A stretch of 64,000 nucleotides of DNA from a virus. Positions 50,066 to 60,316 of this stretch are shown in pieces. A program made the position numbers and the translations under genes. The stretch lies in the IMG/VR virus record IMGVR_UViG_3300025141_013863, positions 26,333 through 90,332 of that record. One strand, given 5' to 3'. The notes under the pieces were generated by a model that was not told the DNA's origin, made no database searches, and was given only the letters and a program-made list of their open reading frames with translations. How positions within the stretch are numbered: position 1 is the stretch's first letter; each line of letters begins with the position of its first letter.

Positions 50066-50447
50066 CGAACAGGCCAAGCTTGCCGCTATCGAAAAAGCCA
50101 TCGCAGAGAAGTATGGCAAAGAAGCGATCCAGAACCCAAAGGGAAACTGGAACGAAGCTAAAGAGAAGAGCTATCTTCAACAATCTCAAAAATTTTATAA
50201 GAAACAATATAAAAATGAGGAGTGGCAAGAAAAAATAGATGTTAATGGGATTAAGATCTCAAAAAAACTACTTAATAGAGAATCTTTAAAATGTTGTCCT
50301 GTTTGTGATCGCCTTTCTAAGGAATCTATGGATGATGTTTGTCTCATCAAGTTTGGTTGTTGCAACAGTTGTTACGTCCAGCATGTTGAGGGAAGGGAAG
50401 AAAGATGGATAAACGGATGGAGACCAGAACCAAATGAAACTAAGTAA
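50058..50447 (+). CDS. Hypothetical zinc-binding protein
   Basis: CPVC and CCNSC motifs. Confidence 0.55.
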   Translation: MSDEQAKLAAIEKAIAEKYGKEAIQNPKGNWNEAKEKSYLQQSQKFYKKQYKNEEWQEKIDVNGIKISKKLLNRESLKCCPVCDRLSKESMDDVCLIKFGCCNSCYVQHVEGREERWINGWRPEPNETK

Positions 50448-50694
50448 ACAAATTCTCAAGGAAGCAATCAGAGACGCCATGGACGAGGCTGTGAGTGCCC
50501 AGGAACTTACAAAGTCTGCCAAGTCCAAAGAGGCCCAAAAGGAAATGGGCGCCCTCACCCCGCGCGAGCGTAATATTTTGCAAACCCTCCAGCAAGTACA
50601 AAAAGCCATGTCAGGCAAGGGTGAGCAAGCTACCCCCAAGGTTACCAGACTGGTGCAGCTGATGGTAGACGAACTACAAAAAGGAGCAGAATAA
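50434..50694 (+). CDS. Small protein with divergent leader (MKLSKQILKEAIRDAMDE)
   Basis: Leader-like N-terminus. Confidence 0.5.
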   Translation: MKLSKQILKEAIRDAMDEAVSAQELTKSAKSKEAQKEMGALTPRERNILQTLQQVQKAMSGKGEQATPKVTRLVQLMVDELQKGAE

Positions 50695-51254
50695 TGGCCA
50701 AGAAAAAAGAACCAGTTTCAGTTTTAGATATTGTTCGTGGCTTGGCCCAGGCCGCCGCGAATGCTTATGACGGGGCGCTAACAGAAGATGGAGACGCGCT
50801 CAAGGCCGGCCTCCAAAGAGAAGAAGGAAACCCGCTGCTTGATAAGAGGGTTTTAGATGGCTTTGGTGTATCTTTTTATGGGCCCATGATGTGTATTAAA
50901 TATCATTCCGAAGTCCAACTAAAAGAAGTATACGCTAACGGATTTGAGGGCGACATGGATCAAAGAATAGCAGACATTTCTTCGTTTCTTAAGAAAGAGT
51001 ATCGTAAAGTTACCGGCAAATCTGTAAGCCTAACGAAAGAAGGCGAGATAGACATACATGTAGAGAGCACATCGAGAGTCCGCTCATGGGTCACAGCAAA
51101 ACAGCATTATAAAATTGGTGGTATGGAAGACGTTGTAGTGGTTGGAGAAGCTTCCGAGGACAGACTTGAGGCCGGCTGGCGCAGCTTTCTCGATCAGGGC
51201 GGTCTAGGTAAGCGACCCAAAAACGATACAAGACCAAAGCCAAAAAATGATTAA
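50694..51254 (+). CDS. Hypothetical protein upstream of the terminase
   Basis: AAGGAG RBS, coupled to terL. Confidence 0.55.
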   Translation: MAKKKEPVSVLDIVRGLAQAAANAYDGALTEDGDALKAGLQREEGNPLLDKRVLDGFGVSFYGPMMCIKYHSEVQLKEVYANGFEGDMDQRIADISSFLKKEYRKVTGKSVSLTKEGEIDIHVESTSRVRSWVTAKQHYKIGGMEDVVVVGEASEDRLEAGWRSFLDQGGLGKRPKNDTRPKPKND

Positions 51255-52840
51255 TGAGCTTTCAACTAGACAAGAAAGAAAGAGTAAAAGAGATTCTTAA
51301 GTGTGGAAAAGATCCCTCTTACTTCCTTAATAACTACGCAAGAATATCGCACCCATTACATGGACTTATTCTTTTTAACACTTTCGACTTCCAAGATGAC
51401 CTCTTGGAAAATTTTAATGATTATCGTTTTAATGTTATTCTAAAAGCGCGCCAGCTTGGAATCTCAACGATCACCGCAGGTTATATCGTATGGATGATGT
51501 TGTTTCATCGAGACAAGGCTATTCTCGTTATGGCTACCAAATTTGCGACAGCTGGAAACTTAGTTAAAAAAGTCAAGAGCATCATGCGCAATGTTCCAGA
51601 TTGGCTGAAGATTGCAAAGATTAGTGTCGACAACCGCACATCTTTTGAGCTTTCTAATGGTTCTTCGATTAAGGCCGCCTCGACTTCTGGCGATGCTGGT
51701 CGTTCAGAGGCATTGTCCCTTCTTGTTCTTGACGAGGCTGCCCATATCGAAAACCTTGAAGAGCTGTGGACTGGTCTATATCCTACGCTTTCTACTGGTG
51801 GTCGCTGCATTGCCCTATCAACGCCGAACGGTGTTGGTAACTGGTTTCATAAAACGTGCACGGACTCCGAAGCCGGCACGAACAACTTTAATCTTACAGT
51901 GTTGCAGTGGGATGTTCACCCCGAAAGAGATAAAGACTGGTACAAGAAAGAAACAAAAAACATGTCCAAGAGACAGATTGCACAAGAACTCGAATGTAAC
52001 TTTAACACTTCAGGTGAGACAGTCATCGATCCAGAATGTATGGAATACTTATTATCCACAATTTGCGAACCAAAGCATAGAACCGGCTTCGATCGCAATT
52101 TTTGGATATGGGAAGAATTTGATCCTACCTGCAATTATTTAATGGTTGCCGATGTTTCTCGCGGCGACGGTGCAGATTTTTCTACATTTCATATCGTTAA
52201 ACTTGAAACGCTAGAAATTGTGGGAGAGTATCAAGGCAAGCCAACAATTGATATGTTTGCGAATATGCTAAACAGCGTTGGGAGAGAATTTGGTGGCTGT
52301 ATGCTTGTGGTCGAGAATAACAATATTGGATATTCTGTATTGGATAAACTTATAAATGATTTTCGATATCCAAATGTTTATCATTCGATTAAGTCAACAC
52401 ACGAATATATTGAACAACATCAGGCTGAGATAAGAAATTCGGCAGTTCCAGGGTTTACCACTTCGATGAAGACGCGCCCTCTCATAATAGCCAAATTAGA
52501 GGAGTTTATCAGAAACAAACTAATTACGATATATTCTTCTCGCACAACTAATGAGATGAAAACTTTTATTTGGAGGAATGGTAGGCCGCAAGCAATGAAA
52601 GGCTACAATGATGATTTAATTATGGCGCTCGCAATTGCATGCTGGGTAAGAGACACAGCATTGCAGGCAAATGCAAGAGATTTAAATTATCAAAAGGCTT
52701 TTGTTAATGCGGTTTATACTACAAGAACCACCATGAATACTCAAATCAAAGGTCAACAAGGCTACAAAAGAAATGAAGTTTTTGATAAAATGACTGAAGC
52801 AGAGAAAATGTACACACAATATAAGTGGATCATAAAGTGA
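51254..52840 (+). CDS. terL: Terminase large subunit (T4 gp17-like)
   Basis: KARQLGIST Walker A, LLVLDEAAH Walker B, STPNG, ADVSRG and DDLIMA nuclease motifs. Confidence 0.95.
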   Translation: MSFQLDKKERVKEILKCGKDPSYFLNNYARISHPLHGLILFNTFDFQDDLLENFNDYRFNVILKARQLGISTITAGYIVWMMLFHRDKAILVMATKFATAGNLVKKVKSIMRNVPDWLKIAKISVDNRTSFELSNGSSIKAASTSGDAGRSEALSLLVLDEAAHIENLEELWTGLYPTLSTGGRCIALSTPNGVGNWFHKTCTDSEAGTNNFNLTVLQWDVHPERDKDWYKKETKNMSKRQIAQELECNFNTSGETVIDPECMEYLLSTICEPKHRTGFDRNFWIWEEFDPTCNYLMVADVSRGDGADFSTFHIVKLETLEIVGEYQGKPTIDMFANMLNSVGREFGGCMLVVENNNIGYSVLDKLINDFRYPNVYHSIKSTHEYIEQHQAEIRNSAVPGFTTSMKTRPLIIAKLEEFIRNKLITIYSSRTTNEMKTFIWRNGRPQAMKGYNDDLIMALAIACWVRDTALQANARDLNYQKAFVNAVYTTRTTMNTQIKGQQGYKRNEVFDKMTEAEKMYTQYKWIIK

Positions 52841-52847
52841 GGAATAG

Positions 52848-54860
52848 ATGGCACCAATAAACCCAAAACAAGGAAAAAACCCTGCAAATAGATCATCAAT
52901 GCTTTTTAAATCATTGACAAGATTGTTTTCGGGCCCAATTGTAAATTATAGATCTCAATCGGGTCGAAGAATTAGAAGACAGCATTTAGATAAATTCTCC
53001 TCAAGATTTAAATCTGCATCGGGACAACAGTTTAAAAAATCTTTATATAATCCCCTGGATCAAATTTCAACTAATGCAATCGCGAATCAACGTAGGGCTG
53101 AGCGTTATGTGGATTTTGATCAAATGGAATATATGCCAGAGATTGCATCTACGATGGACATTTATGCCGATGAAATGACGACCTATTCATCTCTTCGACC
53201 GATGTTAAACATTAAATGTCCTAATGAGGAGATTAGGGCGGTCCTTGATGTTCTTTATGAAAATATTTTAAATGTTCAATACAACTTATTTGGTTGGGCT
53301 CGCACGATGTGTAAGTATGGAGACTTCTTTTTATATTTAGATATAGATGAAAAGTTTGGTATTAAATCAGTAATTGTGCTGCCCCCTACGGAAGTTGAAA
53401 GATTAGAGGGATTAGATACAACTAATCCAAACTATGTCCAGTATCAATGGAACTCCGCTGGAATGACATTTGAAAATTGGCAAATTTCTCATTTTAGAAT
53501 TTTAGGTCACGATAAGTATGCCCCCTATGGCACATCTATTCTTGAGCCTGCACGCCGCATCTGGCGCCAGCTAACGCTTATGGAAGACGCAATGATGGCA
53601 TACCGTGTCATTCGTTCTTCTGAGAGAAGATTATTTAAAATTGATGTTGGCGCCATTCCTCCGCAAGAGGTAGAGCAGTACATGCAAAAGATTGTAACGC
53701 AACTTAAGCGTCATTCGGTTGTTGATTCTGCAACCGGCCGCATGGATTTACGCTATAATCCAATGTCTATTGAAGAAGACTATTTTATTCCCATCCGGCC
53801 TGGATCGGCGACAGACATAGTAAACCTTGCAGGAGGCTCAAACACTACGCAGATTGATGACGTTAAGTATCTTCGCGATAAGCTTTTTTCGGCATTGAAA
53901 ATTCCTCAGTCGTATCTTACAATGGGCGAGGGTGCCGAAGAAGACAAGACAACTTTGGCACAAAAAGACATTAGATTTGCAAGAACAATTCAAAGATTAC
54001 AGAGAGTTATAGTATCAGAGCTGGAAAAGATTGGAATTGTTCATCTTTATACGCTTGGGTTCAGAGGAGATGATTTGCTGTCGTTTAGTCTGGCTTTAAA
54101 TAATCCGTCAAAGATTGCAGAACTTCAAGAGATAGAGCATTGGAAGGCTAAATTCGATATTGCCGGCGGCGCCACCGAGGGATTCTTTTCTAGACGTTGG
54201 GTTACGGAGCATATTTTCGGCATGTCTCATGAGGAATTTATACGCAATCAGCGCGAAATGTATTATGACCGCAAGCAAGATGCAGCGCTTCAGGCCGTAG
54301 CCGAAGCCGCAGCTGCAGAAGGTGCAGCCGGCGGCGGCTTAGGTGCAGATGCCGGCGGGGGTCTCGGTGGTGATCTCGGTGGGGATCTCGGTGGGGATCT
54401 CGGCGGTGATCTTGGCGGCGGCGAAGAGATGCCAGCTGGAGAAGCCGGCGCCGAAGAAGCCGGCGGCGAAGATTCAGCTCTACTGGCAGTCCCTCCAGGA
54501 TCTAGAGATTCACCACGTTTAACTCCAAGATCAAAAGGCAAGGCTTATTATCCTGTTAAAAGGGATAAGAGGGCTAGCGGAGCAAGAACACGATCTTATG
54601 CATCGAAATATTCAAAAGAAAAGAGCAGTGCCGCCTTAAGAAATATTATGCCAGGAATACAGGATATTGGCTCTATTGCAAAAATGGGTGGCCTTGCTAC
54701 TGGTATTTATGAACAAGATGAGTCTATTTATAATTTGAGAGAGCAATCAGAGGAAAAGAAACTTTTTAAGGTTAATGAATCTATTCGTAATCTTTTGAAA
54801 GGTTTGGAAGATAATAAGAAAACAATAACGGAACAAAAAGATGAGAATAAAGCACAATAA
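52848..54860 (+). CDS. Portal protein (T4 gp20-like)
   Basis: LMEDAMMAYRVIRSSERRLFKIDVG, EEDYFIP, YLRDKLFSALKIP, DIRFARTIQRLQ. Confidence 0.92.
   Translation: MAPINPKQGKNPANRSSMLFKSLTRLFSGPIVNYRSQSGRRIRRQHLDKFSSRFKSASGQQFKKSLYNPLDQISTNAIANQRRAERYVDFDQMEYMPEIASTMDIYADEMTTYSSLRPMLNIKCPNEEIRAVLDVLYENILNVQYNLFGWARTMCKYGDFFLYLDIDEKFGIKSVIVLPPTEVERLEGLDTTNPNYVQYQWNSAGMTFENWQISHFRILGHDKYAPYGTSILEPARRIWRQLTLMEDAMMAYRVIRSSERRLFKIDVGAIPPQEVEQYMQKIVTQLKRHSVVDSATGRMDLRYNPMSIEEDYFIPIRPGSATDIVNLAGGSNTTQIDDVKYLRDKLFSALKIPQSYLTMGEGAEEDKTTLAQKDIRFARTIQRLQRVIVSELEKIGIVHLYTLGFRGDDLLSFSLALNNPSKIAELQEIEHWKAKFDIAGGATEGFFSRRWVTEHIFGMSHEEFIRNQREMYYDRKQDAALQAVAEAAAAEGAAGGGLGADAGGGLGGDLGGDLGGDLGGDLGGGEEMPAGEAGAEEAGGEDSALLAVPPGSRDSPRLTPRSKGKAYYPVKRDKRASGARTRSYASKYSKEKSSAALRNIMPGIQDIGSIAKMGGLATGIYEQDESIYNLREQSEEKKLFKVNESIRNLLKGLEDNKKTITEQKDENKAQ
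54366..54413 (+). repeat. 4 x 12-bp tandem repeat encoding GGDL in the portal C-terminal tail
   Basis: ggtggtgatctc ggtggggatctc ggtggggatctc ggcggtgatctt. Confidence 0.9.
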
Positions 54861-55671
54861 AAAGAGAAACACCGCTTTCGTTTACGAGGCACTAATTGTT
54901 GAGGCAACGGTTGCAGTTTTAAAGAAAGATGTGCACAGACAAAATAAAGTAATTAACATTATAAAGAAACACTTTAATTCTGACACTATTTTAAAAAAGG
55001 ACTTAAATTGTTATCGTTCTTTGTATGAGAGCCAAAATTTTAAAACCGATGCTTCAAAAAGAATCGTGAGAGAGGCAAGGCTGCAGCAAAAACTATTAGA
55101 CCCCAATGGTGTTTTTGAGGCGCAAACACAACTAATTCATGATATTAACAAGAATCTTAGCCCTTCTATTTTTAATAACTTTGTTCCAAACTACAAAACA
55201 CTAGCTTCTATCACACAGATGTTTTCAGATAAGACTTCTCCAAAAGATCAGATTATTTTAGAGAATCAAATAATCTTAGACATGACGAAGGCCAAACAGG
55301 CTACAGAAGAAGAGCTTGTAGATAAAACTGTTTATAAGACTTTCGTTGGAAAATTTAATGATAAATATGAAGCTGGATTGCTTTCTGAGCAAAAGGAACT
55401 GTTAACATATTATATTTCTTCTTTTACTGATAATGCGGTTTCATTAAAAATATTTCTTAATGAGGAAATCGCTCGTCTCAAAACGCAACTAAGAGGGGCA
55501 AGAAATACTGAAGAAATTAATACTGATCAAAATATGTTAAAAAAGACCGACGCTATCATTGAAAAACTAGAAAACTTTTCAAAAGAACCAATTAGCGATG
55601 AGCTTCTTCTAACAGTTCTTAAAACACAGGCGCTTGTAAAGGAAATTTATACCGATGGCAATAATAATTAA
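54841..55671 (+). CDS. Hypothetical head-assembly-region protein
   Basis: IKHNKKRNT start; sits between portal and protease. Confidence 0.55.
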   Translation: MRIKHNKKRNTAFVYEALIVEATVAVLKKDVHRQNKVINIIKKHFNSDTILKKDLNCYRSLYESQNFKTDASKRIVREARLQQKLLDPNGVFEAQTQLIHDINKNLSPSIFNNFVPNYKTLASITQMFSDKTSPKDQIILENQIILDMTKAKQATEEELVDKTVYKTFVGKFNDKYEAGLLSEQKELLTYYISSFTDNAVSLKIFLNEEIARLKTQLRGARNTEEINTDQNMLKKTDAIIEKLENFSKEPISDELLLTVLKTQALVKEIYTDGNNN

Positions 55672-56197
55672 GATTGGCCCCGGCGCGAACGATGCAAAAG
55701 TTCGCCTGGAGATGGACGTTCGTAAAAGTATGAACGGCGATTTAATGATTTTTGATCATGGCGATATTGATATTGTTCTTTCTACTGCTAAAAATAAGAT
55801 TATTGCATTTCCAAAAGACACAATGAACGATTTGGTTTATGGTGCGCAAAATAGATTATTTGCTCATCTTCGCAAAAAAGGATTAATTATTCCCGAATCA
55901 ATCCAGGGGGGCTCTTTTTACGGCTCTTTTGAGGCAACGATGGAACAGGCATCGTCAGAAGAATTAAGTACTCCTAAAATGTCGCTTATTAATATATCAA
56001 AATTCATTGATGAGGAGCGACCCTATTTTGAGTCAACAGAGGCAATTGTTTCTATAACAGATGATGAGCTATCGCACCCCGATAAAGAAGACTCTACTGA
56101 ACTTGGAGAAGTTCCCCAGAGAGCACAGCAGGGTTCCATTAGAAAGGGCTACGTTCGCGATCCATATTCTTTGAATTATTTATATACATTTGAGTAG
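55655..56197 (+). CDS. Hypothetical protein
   Basis: 180-aa ORF in the head operon. Confidence 0.55.
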   Translation: MAIIIKIGPGANDAKVRLEMDVRKSMNGDLMIFDHGDIDIVLSTAKNKIIAFPKDTMNDLVYGAQNRLFAHLRKKGLIIPESIQGGSFYGSFEATMEQASSEELSTPKMSLINISKFIDEERPYFESTEAIVSITDDELSHPDKEDSTELGEVPQRAQQGSIRKGYVRDPYSLNYLYTFE

Positions 56198-56208
56198 GAG
56201 ATTTTTAA

Positions 56209-56520
56209 ATGTCAGAACTCTTAACGTTTATACTGTGCGCCTATGGACTAACACAAATTCTTGTCTATGGTAAGATTTTTTCTAGACTAAGGCCCAAGAA
56301 AGGCAAACTCGGAGAATTAGCAAATTGTCCCATGTGTATGGGTTTTCACGTTGGGTGGATTTTAATGCTACTTTCTCCGTTTACGGAACTATTTAGTTTT
56401 GATGTAACTGTATTCAATTTCTTCCTTTTAGGGTCTTTGTCGTCAGGTACATCATACATACTCAATATGATTTTCGGAGACAATGGAGTTAAATATGAAT
56501 ACAAGAACATGGACGAATAA
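56209..56520 (+). CDS. Membrane protein with CxxC (DUF1360-like)
   Basis: Hydrophobic helices flanking LANCPMCMGFHVG; AGGAG RBS. Confidence 0.55.
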   Translation: MSELLTFILCAYGLTQILVYGKIFSRLRPKKGKLGELANCPMCMGFHVGWILMLLSPFTELFSFDVTVFNFFLLGSLSSGTSYILNMIFGDNGVKYEYKNMDE

Positions 56521-56565
56521 GTGGATGTTGCAGCCTGTACGGCGTTGCTGTAAAGGATCGTGACT

Positions 56566-56988
56566 ATGAAAATGACAAAAAAACAACTTAATAACATTAT
56601 TAATGAAGAGATCGAATCTATGATTCAGAATGGAGAGATCGATGAGGGTTTCCTTGGCCGCACAGCAACCCGCGCCCGAGCTGCCGCTGGCAAGTTAAAA
56701 GATAAAGTTGCCGGCACCTACAAGGGCGGCATGGCCGGCCTAAAAGGAGATGTCAAAGGCGTCGAGGCCGCCATGGCCCAGAAGAAAGGCGCCGAAAAGA
56801 AAGCCCTTGCAGTTAAGGCCGCCCGAACCGTCCGAGCCCACTCAGAGGCCATGCAAAAAGATCTCGATGCGCTAGGTGTGCTTGAGATATATCCCGAAGT
56901 GCGAAGGGCCATTGACGCACTGAACAAAGTTGTTCAAGGAGAGATTGGCCAAGCAGCTGGCATTGCAGATAAGCCTGGAGTTAAATAA
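56566..56988 (+). CDS. Leader-family protein (MKMTKKQLNNIINEEIE)
   Basis: Leader variant, then EIDEGFLG and an Ala/Lys-rich body; immediately before the protease. Confidence 0.6.
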   Translation: MKMTKKQLNNIINEEIESMIQNGEIDEGFLGRTATRARAAAGKLKDKVAGTYKGGMAGLKGDVKGVEAAMAQKKGAEKKALAVKAARTVRAHSEAMQKDLDALGVLEIYPEVRRAIDALNKVVQGEIGQAAGIADKPGVK

Positions 56989-57597
56989 GTGGGCAAAAAA
57001 CTTTTACGAGAATACTATGAACTCTGTGAAGGAGGCATCTGTCAAGATCTTCTAACTGAAGAAGAGAAAAGATATGTCGCCAATGGCGGCATGATTTTGT
57101 CTGGAAAGCTACAAGAGGCAGATATTCAAAATGGTAATGGTAGGATTTATCCCCATCGTGTTTTGATGCGCGAGATGAAAAACTACGAGAAGCTTGTAAA
57201 AGAAAAGAGGGCCCTCGGTGAATTAGATCACCCTGAAGACTCTGTTATTAATCTTAAAAATGCGTCTCACTTGGTAACAGACGTGTGGTGGGACAACAAG
57301 AATGTAATGGGAAAAGTAAAAGTTTTAGACACTCCCTCTGGTCAAGTTTTAAAAAGTTTAGTTAGTTCGGGCGTAAAGCTCGGCATCTCTTCTCGTGGAA
57401 TGGGCTCTGTACAAGAAAGCGCTGGCCAAACAATTGTTGAAGATGATTTCCAATTAATATGTTTTGATTTTGTTTCTGAGCCTTCTACTCCTAATGCGTT
57501 TATGATGCAAGAAGCAAAGGGCTTCAATAACAAGGTGTTCACAAAGGCAGACAGAATCAATAGACTATTAAATGAGGTTTTGGAAAATGACAAATAA
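56989..57597 (+). CDS. Prohead core protease (T4 gp21-like)
   Basis: NGNGRIYP, ALGELDHP, GISSRGMGS, FDFVSEPSTPNA. Confidence 0.92.
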   Translation: MGKKLLREYYELCEGGICQDLLTEEEKRYVANGGMILSGKLQEADIQNGNGRIYPHRVLMREMKNYEKLVKEKRALGELDHPEDSVINLKNASHLVTDVWWDNKNVMGKVKVLDTPSGQVLKSLVSSGVKLGISSRGMGSVQESAGQTIVEDDFQLICFDFVSEPSTPNAFMMQEAKGFNNKVFTKADRINRLLNEVLENDK

Positions 57598-60316
57598 ATG
57601 GTCAAGCTTCGGTACCGATCAGAAAATTATGAATGACTGGAGAGCCTATATGACGGGCGACAAGGTTGAGGGTTGGTATGGCTTAGTTAAGGAAGAGTAC
57701 AGCAAGTTATTGCTGGAAAGTGGCCGGCCCGATCTACTAGAAGAGGGCTTTTGGGAAAAAGCCAAGTATTATATGGGCAAATTCGGCTCTCTTGAAAAGG
57801 GGGGTAAAATATTTGGCCGCGGCAAGGCCGAGCGCGAGGCTAAGTTAAAATTAGCCAATGCAATAGATAATGCCTCTAATAAGCTTGTCAAAGATCTTAA
57901 CGCTAAGATGAAGGAAGAGTTCCCTGAATTCCCCAACATGGAGAAACAGGAAGACTGGGTAAAGGCCCTATTAAACATTGGAGCTGTATATGATTCTATT
58001 GTGGCTGCAACTGAAAAAGATCCGAAAGATCCTGAGTACTTGGATTCGCACTCCGCGAATTCAGTTATTGAATCCCTTAGACTATATACGCGACACCAGC
58101 TTGACTATAAGTTGTCAGATATTTATAAGCACTTCAAGGAAGGCCTCGACAGAGAAGCTAATAAGAAAATAAGCGTTCGCTTATACGAACAAGAGGGCCA
58201 AGCCCCAACGACCGCGAAAGATTGGCAGCAACGCAGTGCTCGCGGGAAAGAAGCTCCTTATACTAAGAGAGGCCGCGTTGGCGGCAGAACAGAAGACGAA
58301 TCAACAGTCATCAAGGGATTAGAAAGTAATGTTTTTCCTGCTCTTTTAGCGGCCGGCGGCGCCGTTGGTATTTTGGCTGGCCTAGTGCTTCAGACTGATT
58401 GGTTTAAGGGCCTTGTAACCAAAACAGTTGAACCAGAATACATTAAACAAACTGGCGAAGTCAACAAAGAAGCCCTTGATCAAATTGAAACAAATCTGTC
58501 CCCCCAGGAAGGCGAGGGAGTTACTCAGATGATGGGTCGAGTTATGGAGGGCGATCCAACGCACTTTGGTCCAGACACTCCAATTAGTGAACTGCAGTCT
58601 GCCATGACAGAGAAAGGTATTACTCCGGAAGACTTATCGAAACTTTCAAAAGACCCTGGTCAATTTATGGAAGCATGGGGCGAAGCAACTAGCGGAGCAG
58701 ATCCTAGCTCTAGTTTGTCAGATGTCTTTGGTGGAGGCGGCGATGTTACTACTGTTGTCAAAGATGTGGTAAAGCAGGCTCCGGATTTTTCTAATTTAAC
58801 TGTTGCCGGCGCAGCCGAGCAATTTCAAAACTTAAACCCAGCACAGATAGAAAAATTTAATGCTATTACTCAGCAGATCGGGTCAAACACCGGCATGCCC
58901 GCCTATGATGCATCAAATGTTGCTAAATTACTAAACGATCCGGCAACGCTACGGGCCCACGGCGCCGCCTCAATGTGGACAGGCAAAGCAGGCATCGGGG
59001 ACTCCAAGTCGATGCAGACCATTGGAGCTGCTTTGGCCGCAGTACAAGATACCGGCGCCGAACAAGTAGTAACGCAGGTCGCGGCCCCGGACACTAGACT
59101 ACACTTAATGCTTGGCAAGAAAGTTGTGAGCACGCTCACAACAAAAATCAAGTGGACTGCAACCAAAACCATTGTTACAAAAATTGGCGGCGGTAAAGCA
59201 ATGACCGCAGCCGGCTCTGCTGCAGTCGCGGCCGGCCCCCTGATAGCCACCATGGGTCTCGGTTTGTTTCTCAGCGGCGCCGCAGTTAAACTTATTCGAA
59301 TTAAGGGAATGAAGTCCTCAAGAGCACAAATGCTAAAAGATCTGTTGCAAGAGCTGGTTGATGTCACAGGGAAAGATGATCCAGACCCCGATGAGTGCGA
59401 GCCGCCGCGTGTTAAAAATGAAGCCGGCGAATGTGTGTGTGAGAATCCAGATGGCACTATTCCAGAATCTGAAGAAGAAGCACTAAAAGAATGGGATGAA
59501 AAATCTAAAGAATGTATCTGCAAGCCATTTGATTGTCCCGAGGATAAAGTTCCAGATCCGGAGACGTGTAAGTGTGTTGACAAGCCTGAGCCCGACCCCG
59601 ACCAAAAGACAAAGCCGGGTATCGCAGTGTTGGATGATGATGAGGTATCTATTTTCCGAATTCGCTGGAGAGACAAGGATAAAATTGATGCACAAGTCGA
59701 TATTTATAAGGCGGCCCAGGAGGCTCCAATCATCGGCCGCGGCACCGAACCCGAGTCGGATCAGGTCGCGAAGCCCAGTTCGGAATTCCGTCCGTTTCAG
59801 GCTGATAGAAAGACCTTCGCCCAGATTAAAAGAGCAGCCAAGGGCAAGACCGGCATGGAACCATTCTTTGCTATCGACGGAAGCGTTATCAAAGATTTGG
59901 CAAACAAAAGCGGCAAATCTGATGGTGCAAAGCTCTCCCGCGCAGGCCTAGGAAAGACAGCCGCCATTCGCATAGTTCGTAATCTGTTCAGGAACATGCT
60001 AAGGAACGAAAGGAAGGCTAGCGAAAAGATGGCCCGCTATCAGCTTCGCCGGGCGAAGATCACAGATGAAGAGCAGGTTGATAAAGCTCTTGCTCAGCTG
60101 CGAGCATATGGTTTAGTACAGCCGGCCGCTGGAGCCAAGAAGGCGAAGAAGCGCAGAGAGAAGGCAACCGGGAAAGTGAAGCGAGTAGCCGAGGGCACCC
60201 GCCGGCGCAAGCCATGTAAGAACTGCAAAAAGAAGAAGAAACTGCAAGAGTCTAAAAAGACAGATCCGTGGGATAGCATTCGTGCTCGTATGAAAGAACT
60301 TTCGGGAATCAAATGA
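57587..60316 (+). CDS. Large hypothetical protein with two hydrophobic segments and Cys-rich repeats (alternative start 57572)
   Basis: TM-like segments at ~58330-58390 and ~59210-59296; C-x-C repeats at 59390-59580; basic C-terminus. Confidence 0.55.
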   Translation: MTNKWSSFGTDQKIMNDWRAYMTGDKVEGWYGLVKEEYSKLLLESGRPDLLEEGFWEKAKYYMGKFGSLEKGGKIFGRGKAEREAKLKLANAIDNASNKLVKDLNAKMKEEFPEFPNMEKQEDWVKALLNIGAVYDSIVAATEKDPKDPEYLDSHSANSVIESLRLYTRHQLDYKLSDIYKHFKEGLDREANKKISVRLYEQEGQAPTTAKDWQQRSARGKEAPYTKRGRVGGRTEDESTVIKGLESNVFPALLAAGGAVGILAGLVLQTDWFKGLVTKTVEPEYIKQTGEVNKEALDQIETNLSPQEGEGVTQMMGRVMEGDPTHFGPDTPISELQSAMTEKGITPEDLSKLSKDPGQFMEAWGEATSGADPSSSLSDVFGGGGDVTTVVKDVVKQAPDFSNLTVAGAAEQFQNLNPAQIEKFNAITQQIGSNTGMPAYDASNVAKLLNDPATLRAHGAASMWTGKAGIGDSKSMQTIGAALAAVQDTGAEQVVTQVAAPDTRLHLMLGKKVVSTLTTKIKWTATKTIVTKIGGGKAMTAAGSAAVAAGPLIATMGLGLFLSGAAVKLIRIKGMKSSRAQMLKDLLQELVDVTGKDDPDPDECEPPRVKNEAGECVCENPDGTIPESEEEALKEWDEKSKECICKPFDCPEDKVPDPETCKCVDKPEPDPDQKTKPGIAVLDDDEVSIFRIRWRDKDKIDAQVDIYKAAQEAPIIGRGTEPESDQVAKPSSEFRPFQADRKTFAQIKRAAKGKTGMEPFFAIDGSVIKDLANKSGKSDGAKLSRAGLGKTAAIRIVRNLFRNMLRNERKASEKMARYQLRRAKITDEEQVDKALAQLRAYGLVQPAAGAKKAKKRREKATGKVKRVAEGTRRRKPCKNCKKKKKLQESKKTDPWDSIRARMKELSGIK

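Noticed and set aside
54366-54413. Short tandem repeats as a possible CRISPR array or regulatory repeat
   Set aside because: They are in-frame coding GGDL low-complexity units with no spacers. No CRISPR array, tRNA or rRNA was recognised in the window.
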